Source: a virus (Duplodnaviria; Caudoviricetes). From it: 38,562 nt of DNA. The stretch covers positions 1 through 38,562 of IMG/VR virus record IMGVR_UViG_3300016484_000727, one strand, 5' to 3'. Under the pieces are notes generated by a model. It saw nothing but the letters and a program-made list of their open reading frames with translations, ran no database searches and had not been told where the DNA came from. Positions 17,378 through 26,933 of the stretch are shown in pieces. Numbering within the stretch: position 1 is the first letter of the stretch; each line of letters starts with the position of its first letter. Position numbers and translations under genes: made by a program.

Positions 17378-18720
17378 TAATTCCAGAAATCGCCACGGAT
17401 GATGAACTGGAAGTATCAACCATCGACACGCTTGATCGCTTGTCTCGTCTCGATGTGGTTAAGCCGCCTGTGGTTGGTGACGTGGCTGGTGGCATCAGTC
17501 GGGGTGTGGCTGAGGGTGCCCAGTTATCAAAAGCATATCTTCAAAAGGGCATCAGCGAGGACGCCTACGAAAAGTCAGTCCGTAGCTATGACCAGATGAA
17601 GTCAAACCCATACAATTCTGGGTTTGCGTCTGAGGCGTTGCGGGCCGTAGCCGAGTCGCTTACCGTTTTTGGGGCTGGTGCAGCAGCAGAGATCGGCCTG
17701 GCTACAGCAGCTACAGCTGGAACGGGTGTAGCGCCAGCTCTTGTTGCGTCCCCATTTGTTGGTGCTGCTTTCACTGGTTTGGTATATGGGTCTGAGCGTG
17801 GCCGTGAACTAGAGAAACAGGGTGTTGACTTTGACACTCGGTTTAACGCAAGCCTCACGACCGGCATCCTATCGGGCGCTGGAGCTTTGGTTGGTGAGGG
17901 TCCTATTGCAAATCTTGCGGCCAAGACCGCTGCCGGTGCCGCAATTAACGTAAGTTTTGGTGCTGCCGAGCGGTTTGCCATCGGAGACATTCTTCGCAAC
18001 AAAGGTTATGATGAAATCGCCGGTGATTATGAGGCATTGGATACGGGCGCAATTATAGCCGACGCCTTGCTAGGTTCCGCCCTTGCCGCTGGTCCACATC
18101 TATTCAGCGAGTCGGCTACACTTTTAAAGTCGTCATCTCTGATAGCTCGTAAGGCCCAGGTTGACGCACTGTCGGTTGATCGTATTGGCGAGACGCCCGA
18201 GGCCCGCGCTGCCCATATGGACGCGCTGGACGCCGCCACAGAGTCGCTTGCCCGTGGAGAGCCTGTGTCTGTTGAGGGCGTTATTGCTAAACATAAATAC
18301 ACCGAACGCCTAGGTGATGACGTGCCGGAGCTTAGAGAACGTGCCGCAGCTATGATGGATGAGGGCGCTCTGATGAACATGCAAGCTGTGTCAGATCTGG
18401 CCAATAGTAGGTGGGGTAAATACATTATCCCAGAGGACATGATTGACCCACTGACTGAGATGATGAGTGGCAAGAGCGATGTGGTTTCTGAGGAGGGCAT
18501 CCCGGATACCCCTCAGAAGGAAATTGTTGACACTAGCCATGATGAAATGATCCGCCGTATCGTGGCGGAGAACCAAGATCGTGTGGCTGTTACTGACACT
18601 GGTGAGAAGTCAACCATTGTGGCTGAGGCCAAGAAAATAGAGTCCTTGTCCGCCAAGGCCGAGCAAGACATAAATCTAGTGACCGCTGCTGTTAACTGTT
18701 TTGTAAAGACGATCAAATGA
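17374..18720 (+). CDS. internal virion (ejection) protein
   Basis: 448 aa with Gly/Ala-rich hydrophobic helices; synteny. Confidence 0.75.
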   Translation: MIIPEIATDDELEVSTIDTLDRLSRLDVVKPPVVGDVAGGISRGVAEGAQLSKAYLQKGISEDAYEKSVRSYDQMKSNPYNSGFASEALRAVAESLTVFGAGAAAEIGLATAATAGTGVAPALVASPFVGAAFTGLVYGSERGRELEKQGVDFDTRFNASLTTGILSGAGALVGEGPIANLAAKTAAGAAINVSFGAAERFAIGDILRNKGYDEIAGDYEALDTGAIIADALLGSALAAGPHLFSESATLLKSSSLIARKAQVDALSVDRIGETPEARAAHMDALDAATESLARGEPVSVEGVIAKHKYTERLGDDVPELRERAAAMMDEGALMNMQAVSDLANSRWGKYIIPEDMIDPLTEMMSGKSDVVSEEGIPDTPQKEIVDTSHDEMIRRIVAENQDRVAVTDTGEKSTIVAEAKKIESLSAKAEQDINLVTAAVNCFVKTIK

Positions 18721-21302
18721 GAGAAGAGTGCATCCAGGCCGTTTCCGACGCTGCTGGTCGTAAGATCACGAAGGCTGAGGCGCGTCAGATTGAGCGAAAG
18801 ATTGTCGAGGCCAAAACGAGGTTGGCTCGTGAGGATTTTCAGTCATGGCAGAACGCGTCGGAGATCCAGAGATACGAGTTCGCGGTTGAGCAGGTAGCCA
18901 AAGATATTCGCTCCGAAGCTGCCCGTAAACGCACCAGTGCAGAGTACTCGGTTTTACGGGCTGTCGAGAACACTAAGGCCGTAGACGCCATTCGTGAGGC
19001 ATCCGCATACGTGGACAAGGATGGAGTAAAAAAATACCGCAAGACCCGCGTCGAGGCTGTAGAGGATTATCTTGTCGGGAATTGGGGTGGGGACAGCATC
19101 GTCAATCAGGTGAACGCACGGTTCTCAGTGTACTCCGGTATGTTGTCGGAGCTTTTCGATAAAGCAGCACCATTCCTTGGCGTGGTTGATAAGGCTGAGG
19201 GCCAAAAGGATGTGTTCTATGCCATTCATGGTGCGCCGCGCGATCCGAAACACGCTACAATCTCGGATGCATGGAAGCGCGTAACGGATCCCTGGCTTAC
19301 AGAAATGCAAGGGTATGGCGCTCGTATCCGTAAACTAGACGATTGGCGTGCACCACGTCGGTATCACGCGGAAAGTATGCAGGCCGCAGGTGTGGACAAG
19401 TTTGTTGAGTTTGTCCTTAGAAATGCAGATGCAACTCGCATGTTGGACGAAAATGGCGAACCAATGACGCGAGCCGCACTGCGGGATTTTGCAATATCCA
19501 CATATAAAAACACCATCGGCGAGGGTGGATCAACTAAATCGTCTGGGGAGAAGGCTGCGCTTGTTCCGGGTGGCGGCCAGATTGGAAACCGGTACGACAA
19601 GGCCAGGAAGCTATTCCTAAAGTCAGTCGATGCAGAATGGGAGTTCCACCAGAGATTCGGTGGGAACGACTTTTATGGCCTATTGATGGACCATGTCCGG
19701 TCGGCCTCGCGTGACGTTGAATTGGTGAGGCACTTCGGCGTCAACGCGGAGCATGGATTTGTCGCGCTGCTGGAGGACGCCGCCAAGGCGGACGATAACC
19801 CACTCATGCCAGGATACTCTATAAAATACCAAGAGAAAATCCAAGCAGCCACTCAGCGGAATCGTGACGCGTTCAGGTATGTTGCATACGGCGCGACCAT
19901 TGTAGACCCTGGGTTCGCCCGTAAGGCATCCATGTTACGCAGCGTGACTGCTGCCCTTCTCATGAGAGCATCAGGTATAGCTGTGTTTATCGGGGATCTC
20001 GGCACTGCTGGGGCGAATGCTAAGTACAACGAAATGAACGGACTAAAGGTTGTCGCCCGCAGTATGCTGACGCAGATCCCGGTCCTGTCAAAAGAAACCC
20101 GTGAGTGGGCGAAGCAGGCTGGGACGGCCTATAACATCATGAATAACTCCATTGGCCGCATGGAGTATGAGCTTCTTAGTAAACAGAAAACTGACAAGTT
20201 TACTGAGATCATGATGCGTCAGGCTGGGATCAATTACGTTACCGAGGGCGCCCGCGCGGCAAACTCGTACATGCTGATGGAGACTATTGGCCGGTACATT
20301 ATGTCTGGTGGCGAGGCCACAGCAGACGGGCTTAAAGTCCTTAAAAGATACAAAGTAAATGAGGACACGTTCAATTTTTGGAAACACGTCCGAAAAATCG
20401 ACCCGCTCGGGTATGGGCCTGACAAAAAGATATTAGACCCGCAGAGTATATTAGCGCTGTCGGATGAGGACGTGTCTGCATTCACGGGTCTAAAGCATAA
20501 AGATGCTATTGAGTTGTATCGCGTGCGATCAGCGCAGAAATTAGCGTCCATCAACATTTCGGAGATGGACTTTTCCACTGTGTCCCCATCGGCCAAAACC
20601 CGCATAGCATTAGGGGCAAATCGTGCGGGCGACCTTAAATCAGAACTAGCTAGAACTTGGTTTTTGTTTAAGTCGTTTCCGGTCGATGTTGTTAACCGTT
20701 ATTGGCAGCGTGCCATGAGTGAGGGTGAGAACGTCGCATCACGCGCAGTAAACGTAGCAAACTTCTTGGCTTGGTCCATATTTTCTGGAGTCATTGCGAA
20801 CTGGCTGGCTGATTTACGCAATGGACGTGACCCGAGGCCAATCAACACGGGGCAAAACATCGTCGCCGCACTGCTTCGTGGTGGCGGTCTTGGTTTGTAC
20901 GGGGACATTATTTTTGGTGCCGATAATGACACCGCAGACCAGATTGCGGCCCTCGCTGGTCCAGTGCCACAGCTTATTTTTAGCGCAGCAAACATTCCTG
21001 CTGGCGGCATCAAGGACTCATTTACCGGTGAGAAAAGCTCCGCTGCTATGGAGGCTATTAAGTTTGGGCAAAAATATTTACCCATCGATGTACTGTACAC
21101 AAAAGCTGCAATGGATCGCATGGTGTGGTATAAATTGATGGACATGGTTAACCCAGGGTACACCGACAAGTACCAAGAGCGCATGGAAGAAAAGTATGGG
21201 TACAGCTATTTTTGGGATCTGTCCGGGGAAGCGCCGAGTGAGGGACCTGACTGGTCTAATATCTGGAATGACGAGTTCCAAATAACAAACGAGAGGCAGT
21301 AG
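18717..21302 (+). CDS. large internal virion (ejection) protein
   Basis: M..ECI.AV..A.GR start; FKSFP, G.DPRP and GGGLGLYGD motifs like epsilon15/BPP-1-type core proteins. Confidence 0.85.
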   Translation: MREECIQAVSDAAGRKITKAEARQIERKIVEAKTRLAREDFQSWQNASEIQRYEFAVEQVAKDIRSEAARKRTSAEYSVLRAVENTKAVDAIREASAYVDKDGVKKYRKTRVEAVEDYLVGNWGGDSIVNQVNARFSVYSGMLSELFDKAAPFLGVVDKAEGQKDVFYAIHGAPRDPKHATISDAWKRVTDPWLTEMQGYGARIRKLDDWRAPRRYHAESMQAAGVDKFVEFVLRNADATRMLDENGEPMTRAALRDFAISTYKNTIGEGGSTKSSGEKAALVPGGGQIGNRYDKARKLFLKSVDAEWEFHQRFGGNDFYGLLMDHVRSASRDVELVRHFGVNAEHGFVALLEDAAKADDNPLMPGYSIKYQEKIQAATQRNRDAFRYVAYGATIVDPGFARKASMLRSVTAALLMRASGIAVFIGDLGTAGANAKYNEMNGLKVVARSMLTQIPVLSKETREWAKQAGTAYNIMNNSIGRMEYELLSKQKTDKFTEIMMRQAGINYVTEGARAANSYMLMETIGRYIMSGGEATADGLKVLKRYKVNEDTFNFWKHVRKIDPLGYGPDKKILDPQSILALSDEDVSAFTGLKHKDAIELYRVRSAQKLASINISEMDFSTVSPSAKTRIALGANRAGDLKSELARTWFLFKSFPVDVVNRYWQRAMSEGENVASRAVNVANFLAWSIFSGVIANWLADLRNGRDPRPINTGQNIVAALLRGGGLGLYGDIIFGADNDTADQIAALAGPVPQLIFSAANIPAGGIKDSFTGEKSSAAMEAIKFGQKYLPIDVLYTKAAMDRMVWYKLMDMVNPGYTDKYQERMEEKYGYSYFWDLSGEAPSEGPDWSNIWNDEFQITNERQ

Positions 21303-21304
21303 AG

Positions 21305-23179
21305 ATGACAATTGATACAGAGATCCCATCTCGCAACACGTACTCCGGTAACGGGGTAACGACTGCATTCTCGACATCATTCCCGTTTCTGGCGTCGTCT
21401 GACCTCGTCGTGATTGTTCGGTCGTCAACTGGCGTTGAGACCACTAAGGCACTTACAACAGATTACACTGTATCAGGCGGGAGCGGTTCGCGTGGAACAG
21501 TGACCATGCTCACGCCTCCAGCGTCTGGTGAAAAACTGGTTATCTACAATGACCCCAGTATCACACAGACCCGCGATTATGTGGCGAACGACCCGTTTCC
21601 AGCTGAGAGCCATGAGCAGGCGCTCGACCGGCTGACAATGATCTGTACCCGTCTTAACGACCGTGTTGATAGGTCCGTGCAAATCTCAGACGGGTACGCT
21701 GCGACGATTGATCTAACGCTGCCAGCCCCAGAAGCTGGTAAAGTTTTGTTGTGGAACTCTGGTGCCACTGCGCTCACAAACGCTGCCATCACCGATTTGA
21801 TCTCAACAGGCGAATCCACCATCGTGATCGCGGACCTGCTATCCCTACCGATCCTCGGTGGCTTTGCGTCAGACCACAACAGTTTCGATTCGTCACGCTC
21901 GGACGCGCGGATCTGGACTATTTCTGACCGCCTGAATGTTGGTGCGGTTGATACGCTTACGTTCCAACGTGAGTACAAGACGGTTACATCCGTAACGCGG
22001 TCAGGGTCAACGGCTACCTACACATGCGCTGGGCACGGTTATTCCAACGGCGATGTGATCCAGCACGGTGGGTGGGTTGAGGCGGAGTATTGCGGCCAAG
22101 GCGCTATTTTCAATGTCACAGCAAACACGTTTGATCGTACTGTAACAGGAACCCCGACAACGCCCGGAACGGCGGTTGGAACACCAAAATGCTCCAAGCC
22201 TGATGGGGGTGAAGACGCCATTGAGTTGGAGCGTGCTGGCACAGTTAGGGCCTCTCAGGCGATATTTAGATCTGCCGAGGGTTACATTGGTTCCGGCTCA
22301 TACTCTGTCGTATCAGACAATAACGCACCTGGTATGGATTGTATCGGTGGTGAGGACTTCGTTCTAAATGACGGATCTGTAGCCGGGGATACAGCGACTG
22401 CCAGGTACATTGAAGCACGCCGCGCTGGTCCAGGTTCAGCGGTTGGTGTGGAATCAAACTCTGTCAACAGTTACAATACAACCGTTCGGATCAAGCCGTA
22501 TGATTTCTTCAAAGAGGGAATGACGGCTGACGCATGGTTCATGGCTGGTGGTGAACCCGGTACGTGCCCACGCCCAGTTATCCAATCCTCCCTTGCTGTG
22601 GGCATTGGGAATAACGGCGCATCGCACCTTGATGGGATTGTGTTCCATGCGGAGGCTATTGATAACTGTGACGGTGTCACAGGCACCGGTCCAATTATCA
22701 CGGCAGCTAAAGGCCACGCTATCGAATGGCACTTTGACAGCACGGGCGATGTGGGTGCTCGCATCCGGTCTGACGTGTTATACCGCACAAAGGCCACGCA
22801 GATTGTGTTTAGTGATGAAGGTTTGGTCGTCCAGTCTATTGATGATACTGAGTACTTGTTCCAGGTTGAAGGCGGTGTAACCACTGCTGTGAATGGTTTG
22901 AAATTGACGCCGGGAACGACTGGGGTTGCTGCAACCTTGTCTGCAATAGGTGAGACCAATGTCGGACTCACACTTAAGTCAAAAGGCACTGGTGAAGTTA
23001 ATCTATACGTCGGGTCTGTGAATCGCCTCAAGCTCACATCAACTCCATCAACTTATGTGGCCCCAACAGGGACTACGTCACGTGCCACATTCGATACGGC
23101 AACAGTTACAACAGCGCAGCTCGCCCAACGTGTGAAAGCTCTCATCGAGGATCTTCAAGCCATGAAGTTAGTCGCGTGA
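21305..23179 (+). CDS. tail fibre / tailspike
   Basis: N-terminal T7-type anchor YSGNGVTTAF..SFPF...DYTVSG...E.ALDRLTM; beta-rich body. Confidence 0.88.
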   Translation: MTIDTEIPSRNTYSGNGVTTAFSTSFPFLASSDLVVIVRSSTGVETTKALTTDYTVSGGSGSRGTVTMLTPPASGEKLVIYNDPSITQTRDYVANDPFPAESHEQALDRLTMICTRLNDRVDRSVQISDGYAATIDLTLPAPEAGKVLLWNSGATALTNAAITDLISTGESTIVIADLLSLPILGGFASDHNSFDSSRSDARIWTISDRLNVGAVDTLTFQREYKTVTSVTRSGSTATYTCAGHGYSNGDVIQHGGWVEAEYCGQGAIFNVTANTFDRTVTGTPTTPGTAVGTPKCSKPDGGEDAIELERAGTVRASQAIFRSAEGYIGSGSYSVVSDNNAPGMDCIGGEDFVLNDGSVAGDTATARYIEARRAGPGSAVGVESNSVNSYNTTVRIKPYDFFKEGMTADAWFMAGGEPGTCPRPVIQSSLAVGIGNNGASHLDGIVFHAEAIDNCDGVTGTGPIITAAKGHAIEWHFDSTGDVGARIRSDVLYRTKATQIVFSDEGLVVQSIDDTEYLFQVEGGVTTAVNGLKLTPGTTGVAATLSAIGETNVGLTLKSKGTGEVNLYVGSVNRLKLTSTPSTYVAPTGTTSRATFDTATVTTAQLAQRVKALIEDLQAMKLVA

Positions 23180-23331
23180 CCCCAGAGCAAGCCCTATCAG
23201 AACTTCATCGCGTATGTGGTATGCTTCCACTGGCCCGCGCAGAACATGCGAAGGTTGATGTGTTGGTTAGCATTATCTTTGAAGCCATCAGAAGTGAGCC
23301 TTGCCAAGAGGAGAAAAATGATGGAAAATAA
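23176..23331 (+). CDS. 51-aa protein coupled to the tail fibre gene
   Basis: Manual translation MTPEQALSELHRVCGML...; GTGA overlap with the fibre stop. Confidence 0.5.
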   Translation: MTPEQALSELHRVCGMLPLARAEHAKVDVLVSIIFEAIRSEPCQEEKNDGK

Positions 23332-23339
23332 ACCTGTGG

Positions 23340-23633
23340 TTGTTGGGGGCGCTCATGACATTCAATATACCGGACAGTGCGGTATGGGGCGCTATTTTAA
23401 CCGGTCTTGGCTTTTGGGGTGTAACAGCCCTGCGCATTCAATCTAGGTTTACCAAGATGCAGGCGCTGATTGATGAGCATACAAAGAAACTTAACGAGCA
23501 CTCTGAGCTTATCCGCCGTGTTGAGAAAAGCGCAACGGACACTCACGCACTGGTTAGTAGGCTAACAGGTACCTTAGAGGCGCTCGTCATAGATGTTCAC
23601 GACATCAAAAAGCACATCATGGGTGGAAAGTGA
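23340..23633 (+). CDS. putative holin-like membrane protein (TM plus coiled coil)
   Basis: TM segment AVWGAILTGLGFWGVTAL followed by a coiled coil; directly before the endolysin; start may be ATG 23355. Confidence 0.6.
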   Translation: MLGALMTFNIPDSAVWGAILTGLGFWGVTALRIQSRFTKMQALIDEHTKKLNEHSELIRRVEKSATDTHALVSRLTGTLEALVIDVHDIKKHIMGGK

Positions 23634-24013
23634 TGAAATTCACGGCGCGAGACGAACAAAGACTGGTGGGGGTTCATCCCGCTCTTGTTAAAGTTTTTCG
23701 GCGTGTGGCAGAGGTGAGTGTTATTAGATTCACCATCACTGAGGGCGTAAGGTCGTTGACTAGGCAAAAGGTTTTAGTCGCCAAGGGCTTGAGTAAAACC
23801 ATGAAGTCCCGCCACCTGACGGGCCATGCCATTGATGTCGCCTTGTATGATGACGATGGGAAAATCACGTGGGACCTGCAAAAATACAAAGACTTCGCAA
23901 CAATTGTTGAGCAGGTCGCGGCCAGCCACGGAATAGAGGTAGAGGCGGGGGTCAGATGGAAAACCATTGTTGATGGGCCGCACTTTCAATTATCGTGGAA
24001 GCAATACCCATAG
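23630..24013 (+). CDS. endolysin, M15-family (L-Ala-D-Glu) peptidase
   Basis: GVHP.L, ITEG.RS..RQ, SRHLTGHAID and DGPHFQL motifs. Confidence 0.92.
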   Translation: MMKFTARDEQRLVGVHPALVKVFRRVAEVSVIRFTITEGVRSLTRQKVLVAKGLSKTMKSRHLTGHAIDVALYDDDGKITWDLQKYKDFATIVEQVAASHGIEVEAGVRWKTIVDGPHFQLSWKQYP

Positions 24014-24027
24014 AAAAGGAGCACGAC

Positions 24028-24267
24028 ATGTCGAAATTCACGCGGTTTTTACGGTTTTTGAAGGGCAAGAAAACTTATATTGTAGGTGGGGCACTGGTTG
24101 CGGCAGGCTCAGTTATCCCTGAATTGTCTGATGGTATGCGTACCCTTATCGTTGGTCAGGGCCTCTTGGCTATTACGGGTAGAGCTGGCCTAAACTCCGT
24201 GCGTGACCATATCTTAGATGCTGTGCTGTCAGAGGTCACAAAGCCAAAAAAGCCTACAGCCCAATAA
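24028..24267 (+). CDS. putative holin/lysis membrane protein
   Basis: LKGKKTYIV followed by hydrophobic segments; AAGGAG RBS before ATG 24028. Confidence 0.6.
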   Translation: MSKFTRFLRFLKGKKTYIVGGALVAAGSVIPELSDGMRTLIVGQGLLAITGRAGLNSVRDHILDAVLSEVTKPKKPTAQ

Positions 24268-24280
24268 GGCCGTTGGATTG

Positions 24281-24317
24281 AAAAAGCCCCCGCGTACCAA
24301 TGGCAGAGGCGGGGGGC
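24281..24317 (-). terminator. intrinsic terminator for leftward transcription
   Basis: GC stem (GCCCCCCGC...GCGGGGGC) followed by TTTTT on the minus strand, at the convergence with the late operon. Confidence 0.6.
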
Positions 24318-24715
24318 ATATTGCTGGTATTATACCAGTCTTGAAAGCCTGATGCTAGTAGCAGCGCAGGAATGTAAATACCCCCATGCGGGCCACCGAG
24401 GGGGCGGGCGGTGGACAGACCGGATTCGAGTCCGGGCACCCTATCTGACGGTCAGCCCACATCATGAGCGCGGCCAGAATTGGTTTTGGGTGCCAGACCG
24501 CATAGCGCAGTCCCCCGGGCCATGCCCAAAATCAAACACCCAAACTCTCACGCCCATTCGGGCCAAACTGTGCGGGTCTCTCCCCGCCTGTCACGCACAT
24601 TTTTTGGTCGCCTTGCGGCCCACAGCGGAAACCAATCGTCAAAACCGCTCTTATGCACCCGCTACGCAGTTGCACGGGTTACTCTGGCATATCCTCTTGC
24701 ATATGTTGAATTTTG
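24281..24715 (-). ncRNA. candidate structured non-coding RNA or long 3' UTR
   Basis: No convincing ORF; at least seven successive hairpins; TTGACA at 24719-24714; terminator at the 3' end. Confidence 0.4.
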
Positions 24716-24943
24716 TCAAGATCCATATAGCTGCTTAGATATTGCAGCGCACAATTCTTTGATTTCGTCCGTTTGGATGATTGGTCCATCACAATCTACC
24801 CCAAAGTATCGTGTGACTTCGGCGCTACACCTTTCTGAACCAACGTGAATTTTGCAATAAACTCCGTTTCTACCACTCACGGTCAGCGTACCGTGCAGCT
24901 CTGCATCTTTCGCTACAGCTTTAATTTCGTTTTTAACTGACAT
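24716..24943 (-). CDS. hypothetical protein
   Basis: Start moved to MSVKNE (GGAG upstream). Confidence 0.6.
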   Translation of the reverse strand: MSVKNEIKAVAKDAELHGTLTVSGRNGVYCKIHVGSERCSAEVTRYFGVDCDGPIIQTDEIKELCAAISKQLYGS

Positions 24944-25097
24944 TATTTTCTCCCGCTTGCTTCGCGTCAATATGCCGTTCATACGCTTTTAACGCAGCGC
25001 CGAGATGGAACACGACACTGTGCGCCCGCCCATTTGAAAACTCAGGGTCAGCTTCCAGCGCCTCATAAGCGATCATCATGTGTTCCAGTGGTGTCAT
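24933..25097 (-). CDS. 54-aa hypothetical protein
   Basis: Manual translation MTPLEHMMIAYEALEAD...; fills the gap with an ATGA overlap. Confidence 0.55.
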   Translation of the reverse strand: MTPLEHMMIAYEALEADPEFSNGRAHSVVFHLGAALKAYERHIDAKQAGENNVS

Positions 25098-25303
25098 CGC
25101 TCAATCTCGCTGCTGTATTGGTTGACGGCCTGTGGCTTTGGCTGGTGTTCGCCGCACCAGCTTCTTGACCCAGAAACCTCAGGGCTTATAGATTTTGTTC
25201 TTTTTGCAGTCGGCGGGTATCGCCTGCAAATTCCATCGCAGGCTTCACCTTCTAAAGTAGGAATCTGTACATAAAACCTGCACGTTTCGCATGTCGGGTT
25301 CAT
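25094..25303 (-). CDS. small Cys-rich (metal-binding) protein
   Basis: C..C.F...G.CRRYPP...WCGEH. Confidence 0.7.
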   Translation of the reverse strand: MNPTCETCRFYVQIPTLEGEACDGICRRYPPTAKRTKSISPEVSGSRSWCGEHQPKPQAVNQYSSEIER

Positions 25304-25458
25304 GATCGCCCTCCCCTTAAAGCTGCGCCCAGAACGCCTATGACCGCCACGCTGATCGATAGCAGGGCATACGCCAGAGAGCAGATCAGAGTGATGATCG
25401 CGGTGAATGTCCAGAAATCACGGGTTACGAATTGAAGGAGTTGCAGGGCGCTGTTCAT
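25300..25458 (-). CDS. small membrane protein
   Basis: Start moved to MNSALQ; long hydrophobic stretch. Confidence 0.6.
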   Translation of the reverse strand: MNSALQLLQFVTRDFWTFTAIITLICSLAYALLSISVAVIGVLGAALRGGRS

Positions 25459-25781
25459 ACCGCACCCCCCGGCTTGTCGATCAGGGCGAGGATTTTTTCC
25501 TCGCAAGACACTGCTGCGTTGTATTCTCCATCCGCATAATCTGGGTCAAAAATGTCTCCGTCATGTGCGCACACAGCATAAGAGTTGCACACCTCAGCCG
25601 CCTCTCTCAGCCCCTGTTTGCGGCCCAGCTGGCGGGCCTTGGCGATGGCGCGAATGGCAGCTTCATCAGCCCTGACATGGAGCCGAGGATCTCCGACTTT
25701 TTCCAAGTACTCTTGCACCTTGGTTTCATAAAATTTCAACAGCTCGCGGTCGGCCTGTGTGATCGGTGGTTCTTGGGTCAT
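25455..25781 (-). CDS. hypothetical protein
   Basis: 108 aa; GLREAAEVC...ILALID; coupled overlaps. Confidence 0.7.
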   Translation of the reverse strand: MTQEPPITQADRELLKFYETKVQEYLEKVGDPRLHVRADEAAIRAIAKARQLGRKQGLREAAEVCNSYAVCAHDGDIFDPDYADGEYNAAVSCEEKILALIDKPGGAV

Positions 25782-25990
25782 TGCAATTTTCCCTTTTCAG
25801 GCATCCATCCGCTGTCGACAATTAAATCAACAAGGGTTTTGACCTCACCCGGTTCAAGGCCACACAAAACATACCGCAGCACGTCCGAATATGTGTTATC
25901 CGGGGTAATAACCACGGCTTCATCATCAGATGGCGCGGTGTAGGTTTGTCCACACCTGAGAGTTAGAAGCGGCGTGCAAATCTCAGACAT
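25778..25990 (-). CDS. hypothetical protein
   Basis: Start moved to MSEIC; packed operon. Confidence 0.55.
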   Translation of the reverse strand: MSEICTPLLTLRCGQTYTAPSDDEAVVITPDNTYSDVLRYVLCGLEPGEVKTLVDLIVDSGWMPEKGKLQ

Positions 25991-26423
25991 TTTCCTTCTC
26001 CATTTCTGCAATCTTAGCCCGCAGCGTGGCGGCGATGATGGCGAGGGCTGGCGACTTGACCAAGCGCGACGTCCCGATCCAATTATGAAAGCGGTTTACA
26101 CGCACTGAGGCCAGCCAATTGGTCCCCTCATTTCGGATCAACACTTCATGCCCCGGCAGCACGGCCTCGAAGAACTCGACGGCGGCGTCGATGGAGCAGT
26201 CTAGGCAGAGGCGTCGATATTCTGAATATATCGAGCATTCGCTATCCTTAGCATAGACACTCAATTCATCGGATCCATCGTCGCCCGTGCCAATGCGTGA
26301 GCGGCCAAATTCGACACCCTCTTGCAAGCAGATTAATCGACCCACATCGTCATTGTGGAGCTTGCCCGTCGCCCCATCGACCCGTTCCAGCAGGGCGCGT
26401 ATTTCTGCGATGGTGGTGGTCAT
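25983..26423 (-). CDS. conserved phage protein
   Basis: SIDAA......LPG...PALAI.AA.LRA, a recurrent phage motif. Confidence 0.7.
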   Translation of the reverse strand: MTTTIAEIRALLERVDGATGKLHNDDVGRLICLQEGVEFGRSRIGTGDDGSDELSVYAKDSECSIYSEYRRLCLDCSIDAAVEFFEAVLPGHEVLIRNEGTNWLASVRVNRFHNWIGTSRLVKSPALAIIAATLRAKIAEMEKENV

Positions 26424-26563
26424 GGACGCCCACTCCGGATCATTTGCCGCAGCTGGAGGTACGTTCCATAGCCGCCCACAACAATAAGACCTGTCAGGCT
26501 AAGCCATAGCGCAATCCCTATCGGCAGGCCAAGAAACCAGAACATATACATATCTACCTTCAT
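26420..26563 (-). CDS. small membrane protein
   Basis: Start moved to MKVDMY (AGGAG upstream); one TM helix. Confidence 0.6.
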   Translation of the reverse strand: MKVDMYMFWFLGLPIGIALWLSLTGLIVVGGYGTYLQLRQMIRSGRP

Positions 26564-26564
26564 C

Positions 26565-26933
26565 TCACTCTCCTGTTTCTGGGGGTTGTTTGGCACATTG
26601 GTACTGCGGCGGGTCGGCATACAGCGACACCGAAAGGTCTTGTTGAACGACAAAGGAGTCGTCCCCCCTGAAATGAATTTCCTTCCCGCGCAGCTTGTCG
26701 ATCAAATCCATGATCGCTACCTCTACATCCGAGCATATCTCCGAGAGGATGGGATAATCTTTGGCGACACGTTGCTTGTGCGCATCCAAGCCCCAGCGGT
26801 TCATTTCCCGAACGTTAGGATCGAACCGCGCCTGCCAACATCCATTGCCAATGGGACAGAGAGCAATGTTAACGCCGACCTTCTTGAAGAACGGGTGCAA
26901 TTTTTGTATGTCGGCTTTGAGGTTAGCCATCAC
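26565..26933 (-). CDS. hypothetical protein
   Basis: 122 aa; coupled to the upstream gene. Confidence 0.6.
   Translation of the reverse strand: MMANLKADIQKLHPFFKKVGVNIALCPIGNGCWQARFDPNVREMNRWGLDAHKQRVAKDYPILSEICSDVEVAIMDLIDKLRGKEIHFRGDDSFVVQQDLSVSLYADPPQYQCAKQPPETGE

Noticed and set aside
24405-24460. tRNA gene
   Set aside because: The T-arm-like hairpin has a non-canonical loop and I could not build D and anticodon arms. It is kept only as part of the ncRNA candidate.
21305-24700. Diversity-generating retroelement as in BPP-1
   Set aside because: There is no reverse transcriptase ORF and I saw no template/variable repeat pair.
24352-24848. Plus-strand ORFs 24352-24738 and 24480-24848
   Set aside because: They have no RBS or protein-like composition, and they overlap the hairpin-rich region and a minus-strand gene.
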